DNA from: an uncultured Aliarcobacter sp.
Lineage (GTDB): Bacteria > Campylobacterota > Campylobacteria > Campylobacterales > Arcobacteraceae
NCBI GenBank assembly: GCA_963677435.1
Contig: OY781945.1
Span: 2,720,001-2,784,000 of the forward strand
Length of the DNA: 64,000 nt
Direction: 5' to 3'
The position numbers were made by a program, and so were the translations under genes. The notes below the pieces were generated by a model. That model saw only the letters and a program-made list of their open reading frames with translations, was not told the origin of the DNA and made no database searches. Below, piece by piece: positions 40,087 to 50,799 of the stretch (positions within the stretch are counted from its first letter, which is position 1; every line of letters starts with the position of its first letter).

Positions 40087-42105
40087 TTAATTTCCATTTT
40101 TTAATTTTATATAATAATTTGTACTATAAGGTGAATTTTCAAACCAAAAAAGACCTCTGTTTTTTTCAACAAATAATTTCACTAAATATAAATGATTATT
40201 TGTATCTTCATTTTCATTTATTTTTTTATCACCTAATTTTATATTATCTTCAATTTTAATTAATAAATCATCTTCTTTTATGGCACTAATTATTATTACA
40301 ACTTCTTTTTGATTATTTAGTTTTGTTAATTCAATACTATTTTTAATCATATTTAATATGATATTTTTCAACTCATTAAATGAAATATCTATGTTTATTT
40401 GACTATTTAAATCGTATTTGACTTTGATATTATTTAGTTCTAACTCTTCTTGTATTGATAATATAGCCTCTTTTATCACATCTGAAAACTTTGATTTTTG
40501 CTCTTCATTTTCTTGAAAAAGATATTTTATTTCATTTAAAACTTCAGATAAACTTTTCAATTCTATTTGTGTTTGTTTAATCAATTCTAACTTATTTTGA
40601 TTTTTTTCTTCATTGCTTATAATAATTTTTAAATTGTAAAGTAGAGATGATATACTTAATATCGGTTGTTTCCATTGATGACCTAAAGAGTCCAATATTT
40701 TTGACATTAACTGAACTTTTGTATTGTCAATTAATGTTTGGTCTTTCATTTTAATTTCATTTAATTTATTTGATAAATCTTCTTTTAAAAGTTTATTTAT
40801 TTTCTCCAATTGTTTTGTATCAGTAACATTTGATCTAATTGAAATATATCCTATAATTTCATTATTAAAATCATATTTTGGAATTATAATTCCACTAACC
40901 CAATATGAATTTCCATATCTATCTTGGTTTTTTATCTCACCTTCCCAAATCTTATTTTTGTGTAATTCAGTCCAAAGCTTTTTGAAAAATCCCTTCGACA
41001 TATCTGGATGTTTTAAAAGATTTATGTTTTTTTCTAATAACTCTTTTCTTGAATATCCCGAAATTTTACAAAAAGGTTTAGTTGCATATGTAATAATTCC
41101 GTTTAAATCTGTTTCAACCATAATTACATAATCATCAATATAAGAGTATAAGTCTAAATACTTTTTATTTATAATTGAAGTTTGTATTTTAAAATATTTC
41201 AATTTATATAATAAGTAAAAAATTACAAATATAAAAAGTGAAATCATTATAAATAAGAAATCAAAATATTTATTAATTTTTGCCACAATAGAGTCTTTAT
41301 TTGTATTATAAGCAACTAAATATAAACTACTTTCATCAATTTGTGATTTAAAAATTTGCAAGAAAACAAGTGGAAAATCTGAAGAGTGTTCTTTTGTGAG
41401 TAAAACAAAGTTTTTTGATTGTTTTATATCACTTATTAATGATTTTTTTTGAGAAGCAGGTAAGTTAAAATAAAAGCTTTCATCAAATTTAATCTTATTT
41501 GACATTATATTTGTAAATAAAAAATCACTACTATTTTCTAATTTTTTAATTACTGATTTAAAATCAAATTCAATATTTATTACACCTAAAAAATTTAGAT
41601 TCTCATCAAATATAGGTTTTGAAAAAATTAAATAGTAGTTATTATCTACAATTATAAAACTGTTTAACTCTTGTTTATTTAATAAAATTTTTTCCATTAA
41701 AAGTGAAGTATTTTTATTTTGAGGTTTATCTTGCATACTTAATAAAAATTCATTTGAAGAAGAATAAAAATTTATATCAGAAATATCTAGTGTTTTATAA
41801 AAAGAGTAACTTATTTTTAGATGATTATAAATCTCTCTTTTTTTATTTTCTATATTTAAAGAATTGATATTTTTAAAAGTTCCAATAAAATCTTTTTCTT
41901 TGACAAATTCGTTAAAATAGATTAATTCAGAACTATTTTTATATTCACTATAATATTTAGAATACTCTTTATCAACAAATTGTTTGTAATTATTTAAAGA
42001 GTATTCAATTTCACTTTTTTTAAAAAAATTTATTAGTAAAATTAATAAAAAAAGAGAAATTAAAAAATAAATAAAGTACCTAATATTTAGGTTTTTATTA
42101 TTCAT
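40087..42105 (-). CDS. PAS sensor protein with HisKA-type H-box and degenerate ATPase domain
   Basis: 2 TM helices, PAS (HPDMS), GHQWKQP, N box; G1/F/G2 motifs not present. Confidence 0.8.
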   Translation of the reverse strand: MNNKNLNIRYFIYFLISLFLLILLINFFKKSEIEYSLNNYKQFVDKEYSKYYSEYKNSSELIYFNEFVKEKDFIGTFKNINSLNIENKKREIYNHLKISYSFYKTLDISDINFYSSSNEFLLSMQDKPQNKNTSLLMEKILLNKQELNSFIIVDNNYYLIFSKPIFDENLNFLGVINIEFDFKSVIKKLENSSDFLFTNIMSNKIKFDESFYFNLPASQKKSLISDIKQSKNFVLLTKEHSSDFPLVFLQIFKSQIDESSLYLVAYNTNKDSIVAKINKYFDFLFIMISLFIFVIFYLLYKLKYFKIQTSIINKKYLDLYSYIDDYVIMVETDLNGIITYATKPFCKISGYSRKELLEKNINLLKHPDMSKGFFKKLWTELHKNKIWEGEIKNQDRYGNSYWVSGIIIPKYDFNNEIIGYISIRSNVTDTKQLEKINKLLKEDLSNKLNEIKMKDQTLIDNTKVQLMSKILDSLGHQWKQPILSISSLLYNLKIIISNEEKNQNKLELIKQTQIELKSLSEVLNEIKYLFQENEEQKSKFSDVIKEAILSIQEELELNNIKVKYDLNSQINIDISFNELKNIILNMIKNSIELTKLNNQKEVVIIISAIKEDDLLIKIEDNIKLGDKKINENEDTNNHLYLVKLFVEKNRGLFWFENSPYSTNYYIKLKNGN

Positions 42106-42109
42106 AAAT

Positions 42110-42487
42110 TTATGACTTTAGAACTTCTAATATTTTCTTTTCTAAAGCTTGTAAAGAGTCAAAAGGTTTCATCACATAATTTGTAGCACCTTCTTTATGA
42201 GACTTTAAAACTTTATCTAAAGTAGAGTAAGCCGTCATCATAATAACTTTTTGTTCAGGTTTATTAGCTTTTAGTTTTTCTAAAACTTCTAATCCATTCA
42301 TTTGAGGCATCATAATATCTAAAAGAATCAAATCAGCTTTTAAGTTACTTATACTATTTAGAGCAACCGTTGGATTAGAATATGTTGTAACTGAAAAATT
42401 TGAATTTCTTGTTAGAAATCTACTTAAAACATTCAAAATTTCTGTTTCATCATCAATAATTACAATAGAGTATTTTTCATTATTCAT
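42110..42487 (-). CDS. Single-domain response regulator
   Basis: IIDDE, LLDIMMP, MTAY, KPF; ATG at 42487 preceded by AAGGA. Confidence 0.92.
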   Translation of the reverse strand: MNNEKYSIVIIDDETEILNVLSRFLTRNSNFSVTTYSNPTVALNSISNLKADLILLDIMMPQMNGLEVLEKLKANKPEQKVIMMTAYSTLDKVLKSHKEGATNYVMKPFDSLQALEKKILEVLKS

Positions 42488-42488
42488 T

Positions 42489-43892
42489 TTATTTTCCTTC
42501 TCCAAATAATTTGTGTGCTGCTTCTTTCATTATTAAATCATTTTTTTCTTCTAAAATTCTATCAAGATAAATAAATACTTGTTCACTTCCATTTTCAACT
42601 AATACAATTTTATCCTCAATTAGTTGTTTAGAACAAGAAACACTATGCCCTGAACACTCTTTTGCTAATATATTTGCTTCATGATGAACTATATGATGAT
42701 GTTTTTCTAAACCTTTATATGATGGAACTAAGCTAAATTGCTCTTTTCCAAGTCCTGTGTCATACCATTTCCCAAGTCTGCAATTATGGTGATCAACTGC
42801 ATTAAAATTATGTTCTCCACCAAAAATTAGTTGGTAGAGATTATTTTTGTAAATAACGTGGTCAAGTTTTGCTAAGTTTATAAATATTTTATTTGAAATA
42901 CTTTCAACTTCGTATACTGATCTATTTGAATTTTTTTGGAAAGTATTCATTAGTTTACTTAAAATATCAATTCTTGCTTTTGTTTCATTTACAACACTTA
43001 CAACTGTCTCAGAACTATTTTTAATTTTTCCAGTTTCATTTTGAATTGAAGTAACAACATCTTTTATCTGTTTCGCAGCATCTGCACTTCTATTTGCTAA
43101 GTTTCGCACTTCTGCTGCAACTACTGCAAATCCTTTTCCTGCTTCTCCAGCAGTTGCTGCTTCTACTGCTGCATTTAAAGATAAAATATTTGTTTGAAAT
43201 GCAATTTCTTGAATTATATTTATAACTTGTGCTATATCTTTACTTTTTGAAACCAATGAATTTACAACTTCATTTTCAACTTCAATTTCTTTATGTAAAT
43301 TATTTGTATCTGATACTATTTCTGTAATAAGATTTAAACCTTGAGTTGAACCAGATGCTGTTTCTTTTGATTCTTTTGACATCTCTTGAAGTTCATCAAG
43401 TAAAGCTAAATATGTTTTTTGCGTATTATTTAAAGAGTTCGTCATATTTTTATTATGTCTATCTAATAAGCCACCATTTTTATTATCATGAATTGAAGTT
43501 CTTCGTAATGAAACTATTTTATAGTTTTCATATTTTTCAACTTCAATATTTGCTTCACAATCTTCCATAATTAAATGATTATTATTTTCTAAAACTGCAT
43601 TTAGAACAACTGAATAATCTTTTATATTTGTACGAGCTAGATTATTTGAAAAAAATAGTTGATTTTTATCATCAAAAACGACTAAACCTTCTTCTTGTGA
43701 GTGACTAGCTATTTGTTTAAAAACTTCAAGCTTTTTCTCATTTTGAGTATTTATGTTTTCTAATTTTATAGAAAATTCCTGTTTAATCTCTTCTTTTTCT
43801 TTTTCTTTTTCAATAAGTTGATTTTTTAATTCTTCAACTTGTCTATCCAAAAAGATAACTTTTTCTTCTAAATTCTTATTTCCAAAAAACAT
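42489..43892 (-). CDS. Soluble methyl-accepting chemotaxis protein with C-terminal CZB domain (TlpD-like)
   Basis: No TM helix; [43 protein letters not shown]...[10 protein letters not shown]...HHIVH. Confidence 0.9.
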   Translation of the reverse strand: MFFGNKNLEEKVIFLDRQVEELKNQLIEKEKEKEEIKQEFSIKLENINTQNEKKLEVFKQIASHSQEEGLVVFDDKNQLFFSNNLARTNIKDYSVVLNAVLENNNHLIMEDCEANIEVEKYENYKIVSLRRTSIHDNKNGGLLDRHNKNMTNSLNNTQKTYLALLDELQEMSKESKETASGSTQGLNLITEIVSDTNNLHKEIEVENEVVNSLVSKSKDIAQVINIIQEIAFQTNILSLNAAVEAATAGEAGKGFAVVAAEVRNLANRSADAAKQIKDVVTSIQNETGKIKNSSETVVSVVNETKARIDILSKLMNTFQKNSNRSVYEVESISNKIFINLAKLDHVIYKNNLYQLIFGGEHNFNAVDHHNCRLGKWYDTGLGKEQFSLVPSYKGLEKHHHIVHHEANILAKECSGHSVSCSKQLIEDKIVLVENGSEQVFIYLDRILEEKNDLIMKEAAHKLFGEGK

Positions 43893-43971
43893 ATATAACC
43901 TTTTTTAATAAGTGGTACATTACGCGAGATGATAGCAAAAACAAAATAAATTATTTATAAAATAATTTTTT

Positions 43972-45117
43972 CTATTTATTTAGTTCCCTTGCACAAACCA
44001 TACCCTCACTAAAAGCTATTTGAAAATTAAAGCCTCCAAGTTCTCCTGTTATATCCAAACACTCCCCTATAAAGAACAAATCTTTCTGTTTTAAACTTTC
44101 AAAACTATTGTGATTTATCTCATTTGTATTTATTCCACCTTTTGTAACTTCTGCTTTTGTATAACCAAAATTACCCGCTGGTGAGAATTCATAATTTTTT
44201 AATAACGATAATTTTGCTTTTTCTTCATCTGTTAATTTTGAAACACTTTTATCTTCTAATTCAACACTTAATAAAAACTCTTGAATAAATCTTTTTGGAA
44301 GAGGTAGTGCTGAAGATATATTTTTATTTCCTTGAAAAAAAGTTTCAATTCTTTGTTTTGGCAGAAAATCTATTGCCATTTTTCCTTTTTTCCAATAAAG
44401 AGAACTTGTTAATATAACAGGTCCTGAACAACCTTTGTGGGCAAATAACAAGGAACCTTCAACTCTTTTATCCTCAACAAATGTAAAAACAGGCATAGAA
44501 ATTCCAGCAAGATTTTTAAACCAAAATTGCTCTTTTTGTACTGTAAATCCCACAAGTGCAGGTTCTAGTTTAATAATAGAGTGTCCAAACTTTTTTGCTA
44601 TATCAAAAGCAATTGAAGAAGCACCTAACATACTATAAGAGAGTCCTCCACTTGCAACTATAACTTTTTTTGCTTCAATCAATTTTGAATCTGTTTTAAT
44701 TTTAAAATATTTATCAAAATCTAGATCTAAAACCGTAGTATTAAGATATTTTTTTATATGAGTTGTTATTTTTGTAAACATATCTATAACATCTTGGCTA
44801 GAGTTGCAAAAGTATGTTCCTTTTACAATTTTGGGATTTATTTTAGGATTTACACCATTTTTATTCAAAAAAGATAATAAATCATCTTTTGAAAACTTTT
44901 CTAAAAGCACTTTTACAAACTCCCTGTCTCCTAAATAATTATTAGAAGTTACAAGTTCATTTGTAATATTACATTTAGCTCCACCAGAAACTTTTATTTT
45001 TGAGCCAATTTTTGCATTTGTATCAATAAGGCAAATATTCTTATATTTCTTTTTATCTAAATTTGAAGCTAACATTAAAGCGCTAGCTCCTGCTCCAATA
45101 ATTGCTATATCGTAGAT
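43972..45117 (-). CDS. HI0933/YhiN-family flavoprotein; probable ATC start
   Basis: YDIAIIGAGASAL FAD motif lies upstream of the first ATG (45075); SGGAKCNITN, ASGGLS, VTKGG, GELGGFNFQ. Confidence 0.85.
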   Translation of the reverse strand: MYDIAIIGAGASALMLASNLDKKKYKNICLIDTNAKIGSKIKVSGGAKCNITNELVTSNNYLGDREFVKVLLEKFSKDDLLSFLNKNGVNPKINPKIVKGTYFCNSSQDVIDMFTKITTHIKKYLNTTVLDLDFDKYFKIKTDSKLIEAKKVIVASGGLSYSMLGASSIAFDIAKKFGHSIIKLEPALVGFTVQKEQFWFKNLAGISMPVFTFVEDKRVEGSLLFAHKGCSGPVILTSSLYWKKGKMAIDFLPKQRIETFFQGNKNISSALPLPKRFIQEFLLSVELEDKSVSKLTDEEKAKLSLLKNYEFSPAGNFGYTKAEVTKGGINTNEINHNSFESLKQKDLFFIGECLDITGELGGFNFQIAFSEGMVCARELNK

Positions 45118-46355
45118 GGTTCATCCTTTTTACATATAAATCTATTTATTCCATCTTCAAATTCATACTCTAAAGTGTAGTTATTTGCTTTTAAAATATT
45201 ATTAATAATATATAAGCCTAAACCAAAAGAATCTTTTTGTTTATCTTCATTTGAAAAGAATGGTTCAAAATAATCTTCAAGAGGATGAGTAAGAGATTCT
45301 CCACTATTTTCAAATATTATATTTTCATTTTCTGTTTTTATAAGTACTTCACTATTTTTTGAATATTTTATTGCATTATCAATTAAATTTTTAACTGCAA
45401 TTGAAAATAGTTTAAAATTAATTTCTAATTTTTTATTCTCATATTTTGAGATAACATGCTCATCATCAACCATCAGAATATCTTTTGCATTATCTATAAT
45501 ATCATCTAAATAGTAAAATCTTTTTTCTATATTTTTATTTGAAGAGATTAATTCTTCTATTGAGGCAAATTCATTTATAAGTGATTCTAATCGATTAAAT
45601 ACTGATTTTAATTTTTCATTATTCTCTTCATTTTGCTCTAATTGTGTTAAAAATTTTCCTTTTGTTATTGGAGTTTTAAGTTCATGCATAATATTTCTAA
45701 TAAAAATATTTCTTGCTTCTTTTAAACTTTTTAATTTCTCAGCAGATTTTTTAAACTCAACAGCAAGAAGGGAAACTTCATCTTTTCCTTTTAAATTACA
45801 ACATTCAAAATCAAAATTTTCATCACCTAAAGTTTTAACTTTATCTTTTAAAATTTTTAAAGGCATTAACTTTCGCAAAGTAATTAAATAAACTAAAATG
45901 ATTGTAATTAATAAAATTGTAAAAACTAAAATAATATAAATATGACTATTACTATTTGTTGTATTGTCATCTGCTATTAAAATAGTTTCTCCTCTTTTTT
46001 TCATGTAAATATAATTTTTGTCATTTAAAGTTAAAATTCTAAAAATATCATCATGTTTTGGATTAACTTTTTCAAATAATATTTTTGTTTTTGGATTATA
46101 CGTTATAGCATTTATTTCAGCCATATTTATGAAAAGTTTATACTTTATTTCCTCTAAATTTTTTAAAAAATCTTGATCGAAATTTGCTTTTTCTTGTCTA
46201 TTAACCATTTTCATAACGGGAACATACTTATCTAGTAATTGTCCTTCTTTCATTCTATAATCATGGGTAATTAAGATTAAAAAACTAATTACTACTAAAA
46301 GTATTGATATTATAAAGCTTACGCCTATTGTGAAAAATATTGATTGTCTATTCAT
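45105..46355 (-). CDS. Sensor histidine kinase (ArsS/CpxA-like)
   Basis: 2 TM helices, HAMP, IMHELKTPITKG, NLIDNAIKY, GLGLYI. Confidence 0.92.
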   Translation of the reverse strand: MNRQSIFFTIGVSFIISILLVVISFLILITHDYRMKEGQLLDKYVPVMKMVNRQEKANFDQDFLKNLEEIKYKLFINMAEINAITYNPKTKILFEKVNPKHDDIFRILTLNDKNYIYMKKRGETILIADDNTTNSNSHIYIILVFTILLITIILVYLITLRKLMPLKILKDKVKTLGDENFDFECCNLKGKDEVSLLAVEFKKSAEKLKSLKEARNIFIRNIMHELKTPITKGKFLTQLEQNEENNEKLKSVFNRLESLINEFASIEELISSNKNIEKRFYYLDDIIDNAKDILMVDDEHVISKYENKKLEINFKLFSIAVKNLIDNAIKYSKNSEVLIKTENENIIFENSGESLTHPLEDYFEPFFSNEDKQKDSFGLGLYIINNILKANNYTLEYEFEDGINRFICKKDEPSTI

Positions 46356-47032
46356 TGTATAAATTTATATCCCATTCCTCTAATTGTATGTAAATATTTT
46401 GGTTCTTTTGGATTATCTTCAATTTTATGTCTAATTCTATTTATTATGACAGCCAATGAACCTGAACTTTCATAATCTTGATTTAATATATCAGAATTAT
46501 CAAATATATCTTCCCTTGAAATAACAAAACCTTCTCTTTTTAAAAATAAAGATAAAACTTCAAATTCTGCTGCTGTAAACTTAATATATTTACCATTTTT
46601 TTTAATCTCTTTTCTTTCATCATCTAAAAGAAAAATTTTATTTATGCTTTCATCTTCTTGCGTATTTGAGTGATTAAATCTTCGTAAAATTGTCTTAATT
46701 CTAATTTCAAGTTCCCTTGGATCATAAGGTTTTGGTAAATAATCATCAGCTCCAAGTTGTAAAGCAGTAACTTTATCAGTTATATCACTTCTTGCACTTG
46801 AAATAATAATTGGAATATCAAAATTTTTAACAATCTCTTTACAAACATCTAATCCATCCATACCAGGAAGTGTTAAATCTAAAATAATCAAATCATATTT
46901 ATTCATTTTTAAAGATGAAAGAGCCAAAAATGGCTCTTCGTAATTGGTAACTTCCATATTAAATTGCTTTAAATATTGTGTTAAAACTTCTGCTAGTTCT
47001 AAATCATCTTCAATCATTGCAATTTTAATCAA
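46352..47032 (-). CDS. OmpR-family response regulator
   Basis: MIEDD, LDLTLP, GADDYLPKPY, HTIRGMGYK. Confidence 0.93.
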   Translation of the reverse strand: MIKIAMIEDDLELAEVLTQYLKQFNMEVTNYEEPFLALSSLKMNKYDLIILDLTLPGMDGLDVCKEIVKNFDIPIIISSARSDITDKVTALQLGADDYLPKPYDPRELEIRIKTILRRFNHSNTQEDESINKIFLLDDERKEIKKNGKYIKFTAAEFEVLSLFLKREGFVISREDIFDNSDILNQDYESSGSLAVIINRIRHKIEDNPKEPKYLHTIRGMGYKFIQ

Positions 47033-47035
47033 AAT

Positions 47036-47512
47036 TTACCCTTTTATTTTATCTTGGATTCTTTGTTGCATTTTCTCTTTTCTTAAATCCATTAAAACTT
47101 TTAATTGTTCTTTTTGTTTAGCTGTTAAAACAGCATAAGATTTTTCAATTACTTCTGCTTGAGATTTTAACATATTATCTCTTTTTTCAGACATAATCTG
47201 AATATACTTAGCTTTATCAAAGCCATCTTTTGTGAAAGCATCATCTTCAGATTTCATATTTTTTCTGCTGTCTTGTACAATTTGTTCTAACTTAGTTTTT
47301 TGATCTGCACTTAAACTTAATTTTTCAAACATATGAAACATTCCACCTCTTTGAGCATTCATTTTATGCATATTGTCTTTTTTCATCATACATTTAAAAT
47401 CACCTTTTGGTTTACCATCACCTCTTTTATCCATATCAGCTGTAGCATATAAACCACTTCCTAAAATTGCACTTATTATTAATCCAGATATTAGTTTATT
47501 TTTTCTTGTCAT
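47036..47512 (-). CDS. Spy/CpxP-family periplasmic protein
   Basis: Signal peptide; Met-rich; LSADQK and LTAKQK (LTxxQ) motifs; upstream of a regulator-kinase pair. Confidence 0.85.
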   Translation of the reverse strand: MTRKNKLISGLIISAILGSGLYATADMDKRGDGKPKGDFKCMMKKDNMHKMNAQRGGMFHMFEKLSLSADQKTKLEQIVQDSRKNMKSEDDAFTKDGFDKAKYIQIMSEKRDNMLKSQAEVIEKSYAVLTAKQKEQLKVLMDLRKEKMQQRIQDKIKG

Positions 47513-47542
47513 TTTAAATCCTTTTTATTTTTGATATGTGAA

Positions 47543-47596
47543 ATTATTGCATGGTGTTTTTAACAATTTATGAATTGAATATTAATGAAACCTTAA
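47543..47596 (-). promoter_or_regulatory. Candidate OmpR-family operator (TTAA/TTCA x4, 11-bp period) and extended -10
   Basis: Minus strand TTAA-N7-TTAA-N7-TTCA-N7-TTAA (47596-47560) followed by TGCAATAAT. Confidence 0.5.
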
Positions 47597-47655
47597 TAAA
47601 AAGAATACTTATTTTTAGCTATACTCACTCAATATATAATTAAAAAGAATTTAAA

Positions 47656-49764
47656 TTGAAATTATCAAACTTTATTACAAGAATAATTATTACTATAGCT
47701 TTTATGACACTTTTTCTATCATTTGTAATTTCTATTACATTTCAATATAAAAATTTTGAAAATGATAAAATTTTTATAAAAAATGAATTTATAAAATCAA
47801 AAAAAGAACAAATTAAAAGAGAAGTATTAAGTATAGATAACTTAATAGGTCAAAAAGAAATAATATTAACTAACTTTATAAAAGATAAACTCAAAGAGAG
47901 AGTAAATCAAGCTTATAGCATTGCAATGGGTATATATAAAGATAATAAAGATACAAAAAGTAAAGAAGAGGTAGAACTACTAATTGCAAAAACTTTAAAT
48001 AATTTAAGTTATGACAATGAGAAAACTTATTTTTTTATAAATAGTAATAAAGGTCAAGCAATACTATTTAATAAAAAAATCCAACTTGATAAATACAATG
48101 ATATTTGGAATCTAAAAGATGGAAATAATAATTTATTTATTCAAGATCAAGCAAAAATTGCAAGAGAAAATAAAGAAGGATTTATTACAAATAAATTTGT
48201 AAAACCAGATACAACAGATAATAAACCATATACAAAAATATCTTTTATAAAATTATTTGAACCATACGATTTACATATTGGAATGGGTGAATATGTTGAT
48301 GATATAAAGGCACTAGCACAAAATGAAATTTTAGATTTAATTGCAAGTATTAGATTTAGTGAAAATAATTATCTCTTTGTTAATACTACAGATGGTCATA
48401 CTTTGGTATTTGATGGAAGAAGAACTGAACCACCAATAATTCATCCATTTCCTAATATTTTCAAACAATTATTAGAAACTGTAAAAAATCCAAATGGAGA
48501 TTTTTTATCTTATAAGTTTAAGAAAATAAATTCAAGTAAAGAGTATGATAAAATCTCTTTTGTAAAAAAACATGATAAATATGGTTGGATTATTGGCTGT
48601 GGAGTTTATGTTGATGAAATAAATGATGAGTTAAAAAAAGTAGAAGAAACTTTTAAAAAATCTCTTTATGAAGAGGTTATATATATATTAATTATGTTTT
48701 TTCTTATGATTATAGTTTTATATTTAACATCAAAAAGAATATCTAAGTTTATAAAATTAAATGTAAACTATCTTATATCATCTTTTGATAAAGCATCAAA
48801 AGAAAACAAAACAATTGATACACAAAACTTAACATACAAAGAGTTTATTTCATTGGCAAACAAATTAAATATTACCCTTGAAAATAAAAATGAAACAGAA
48901 AAAAAATTGCAAAATTATATTCAGTTGATAAATGAAAATATAATTATTTCTACTACAGATAAAGATGGCTATATTGTTGATGTAAGTGAAGCTTTTTGTA
49001 AAATTTCAGGTTATACAAAAGAAGAACTAATAGGTAATACCCATAAACTAGTAAGACACCCAAATACACCTGATAGCTTTTATGAAGATATGTGGGATAG
49101 ATTACTTAATGGTGAAATATGGGAAGGTGAAATTCATAATAAAAATAAAAATGGGAAAGAGTATTGGATTTATGCAATTATAAAACCTCTTTTTAAAAAT
49201 AATGAATTTATTGGTTTTACTGCAATTAGAACTAATATTACAGATAAAAAACATATTGAGCAATTATCTATTACAGATGAATTAACAGATTTATATAATA
49301 GAAGATTTTTTAATATAAAAATTGAAGAAGAGATAAATAGAGCAAAAAGAGATAATCATTACTTTTCATTTTTAGTATTAGATATTGATTACTTTAAACA
49401 ATACAATGATACTTATGGACATCAAAAAGGTGACATTGCTTTAGAAAAGGTAGCGTCAATACTAAAGAAAAGAACAGCAAGAGGAAGTGATTTTGCATTT
49501 AGATTAGGTGGAGAAGAGTTTGGAATTATTACTACTTTAAATAAAGAAAAAGCAATTGAATTTGCAAATTTAATAAAAAATGAAATTGAAAATTTGAAGA
49601 TTGAACATAAAGCAAGTGAAGTATCTAAATTTATAACTATTTCAATTGGTATTGTCTCAAAAGAAGGTGAATCTATTACAAATAGTGATTTACTTTATAA
49701 AGAGGCTGATGATTGTTTATACGAAGCTAAAAGATTAGGGAGAAATAGTATTTTTATACTTTAA
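47656..49764 (+). CDS. Diguanylate cyclase with tandem Cache domains, PAS and GGDEF
   Basis: 2 TM helices; two Cache-like units (IGMGEY, IGCGVY); PAS (RHPNTP); DIDYFKQYNDTYGH, RLGGEEF. Confidence 0.92.
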   Translation: MKLSNFITRIIITIAFMTLFLSFVISITFQYKNFENDKIFIKNEFIKSKKEQIKREVLSIDNLIGQKEIILTNFIKDKLKERVNQAYSIAMGIYKDNKDTKSKEEVELLIAKTLNNLSYDNEKTYFFINSNKGQAILFNKKIQLDKYNDIWNLKDGNNNLFIQDQAKIARENKEGFITNKFVKPDTTDNKPYTKISFIKLFEPYDLHIGMGEYVDDIKALAQNEILDLIASIRFSENNYLFVNTTDGHTLVFDGRRTEPPIIHPFPNIFKQLLETVKNPNGDFLSYKFKKINSSKEYDKISFVKKHDKYGWIIGCGVYVDEINDELKKVEETFKKSLYEEVIYILIMFFLMIIVLYLTSKRISKFIKLNVNYLISSFDKASKENKTIDTQNLTYKEFISLANKLNITLENKNETEKKLQNYIQLINENIIISTTDKDGYIVDVSEAFCKISGYTKEELIGNTHKLVRHPNTPDSFYEDMWDRLLNGEIWEGEIHNKNKNGKEYWIYAIIKPLFKNNEFIGFTAIRTNITDKKHIEQLSITDELTDLYNRRFFNIKIEEEINRAKRDNHYFSFLVLDIDYFKQYNDTYGHQKGDIALEKVASILKKRTARGSDFAFRLGGEEFGIITTLNKEKAIEFANLIKNEIENLKIEHKASEVSKFITISIGIVSKEGESITNSDLLYKEADDCLYEAKRLGRNSIFIL

Positions 49765-49768
49765 AAAC

Positions 49769-50770
49769 ATGAAAATAAGAGTAGGAACATTTAACCTTTT
49801 TCAATTTGTTGAGCCGCCATATTCGTGGTATACAAAAAAAGAAAAATTCAATATTGAACAATGGGAAGAAAAAACAGCTTGGATAAAAAATCAAATCATT
49901 GAAATGAACTGTGATATTATTGGTTTCCAAGAAGTTTTTTCAAAAAAAGCTTTAAAAACTCTTCTTAGTGAACTAGGATTTAAATATTTTAAAACAATTG
50001 ATAGTCCAAGAAGTGATAAAAAAAATGAAAAAGTTTTTACAAGTACAATTGTTGCCCTTGCTTCAAAATATCCAATTAGAAATCTAAAAAGAATTGAAAT
50101 TGATTTTACAGCACTTAAAAAACACCATTTAGATGGCTTTTTTAAATTTGCAAGAGCTCCAATAAAAGCAACTATTGCTTTGCCAAATCAAAAAGATTTA
50201 GATGTATATGTTTGCCATCTAAAATCAAATAGAGATAATGAATTTGAATATGTTTTTACAAAAGATTCAACCCTAGCTGAGAAAAAACAAAAAGTTAAAA
50301 AATCCTTAGAAGATAACTATTCCCAATCATTAAAACAAAGACTTTGTGAAGCAAGCTCAATTTTTAGTGATATTAAAAGAACAACAAATCCAGCTATTTT
50401 AATGACTGATTTAAATGACAAAGAGTTTTCAATAACTATTGAAGCTTTAACAAATAAAAAATACCATGATGATAGTTTAAAAAAAGATGATTATTTATTA
50501 CTTGATGCTTATTATTTTTTTAAAAAAAAGATTTACAATCCACATCCTGAACAAAAAGAGATAAAAAGAACTCCAACGAGTTATTTTGCAGGGAAAGGAA
50601 ATATCCTTGATTATATTTTTGTTTCTAATTTATTTGATAAAAATAAAGTAAATAATATAGGAAAAATAACTTCTTATGAAGTTTTTGATAAACACTTACA
50701 AAAAAATCAAAATGGCTCACTTCTTAATAGTGACCATGCCCAAGTTGTTTGTGAACTAGAGATATTTTAA
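49769..50770 (+). CDS. Endonuclease/exonuclease/phosphatase (EEP) family protein
   Basis: TFNL, IIGFQEV, HLKS, TDLN, LDYIF, SDH. Confidence 0.88.
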   Translation: MKIRVGTFNLFQFVEPPYSWYTKKEKFNIEQWEEKTAWIKNQIIEMNCDIIGFQEVFSKKALKTLLSELGFKYFKTIDSPRSDKKNEKVFTSTIVALASKYPIRNLKRIEIDFTALKKHHLDGFFKFARAPIKATIALPNQKDLDVYVCHLKSNRDNEFEYVFTKDSTLAEKKQKVKKSLEDNYSQSLKQRLCEASSIFSDIKRTTNPAILMTDLNDKEFSITIEALTNKKYHDDSLKKDDYLLLDAYYFFKKKIYNPHPEQKEIKRTPTSYFAGKGNILDYIFVSNLFDKNKVNNIGKITSYEVFDKHLQKNQNGSLLNSDHAQVVCELEIF

Positions 50771-50799
50771 CTACCCTCTTTTTATACACTTGTTTTTTC

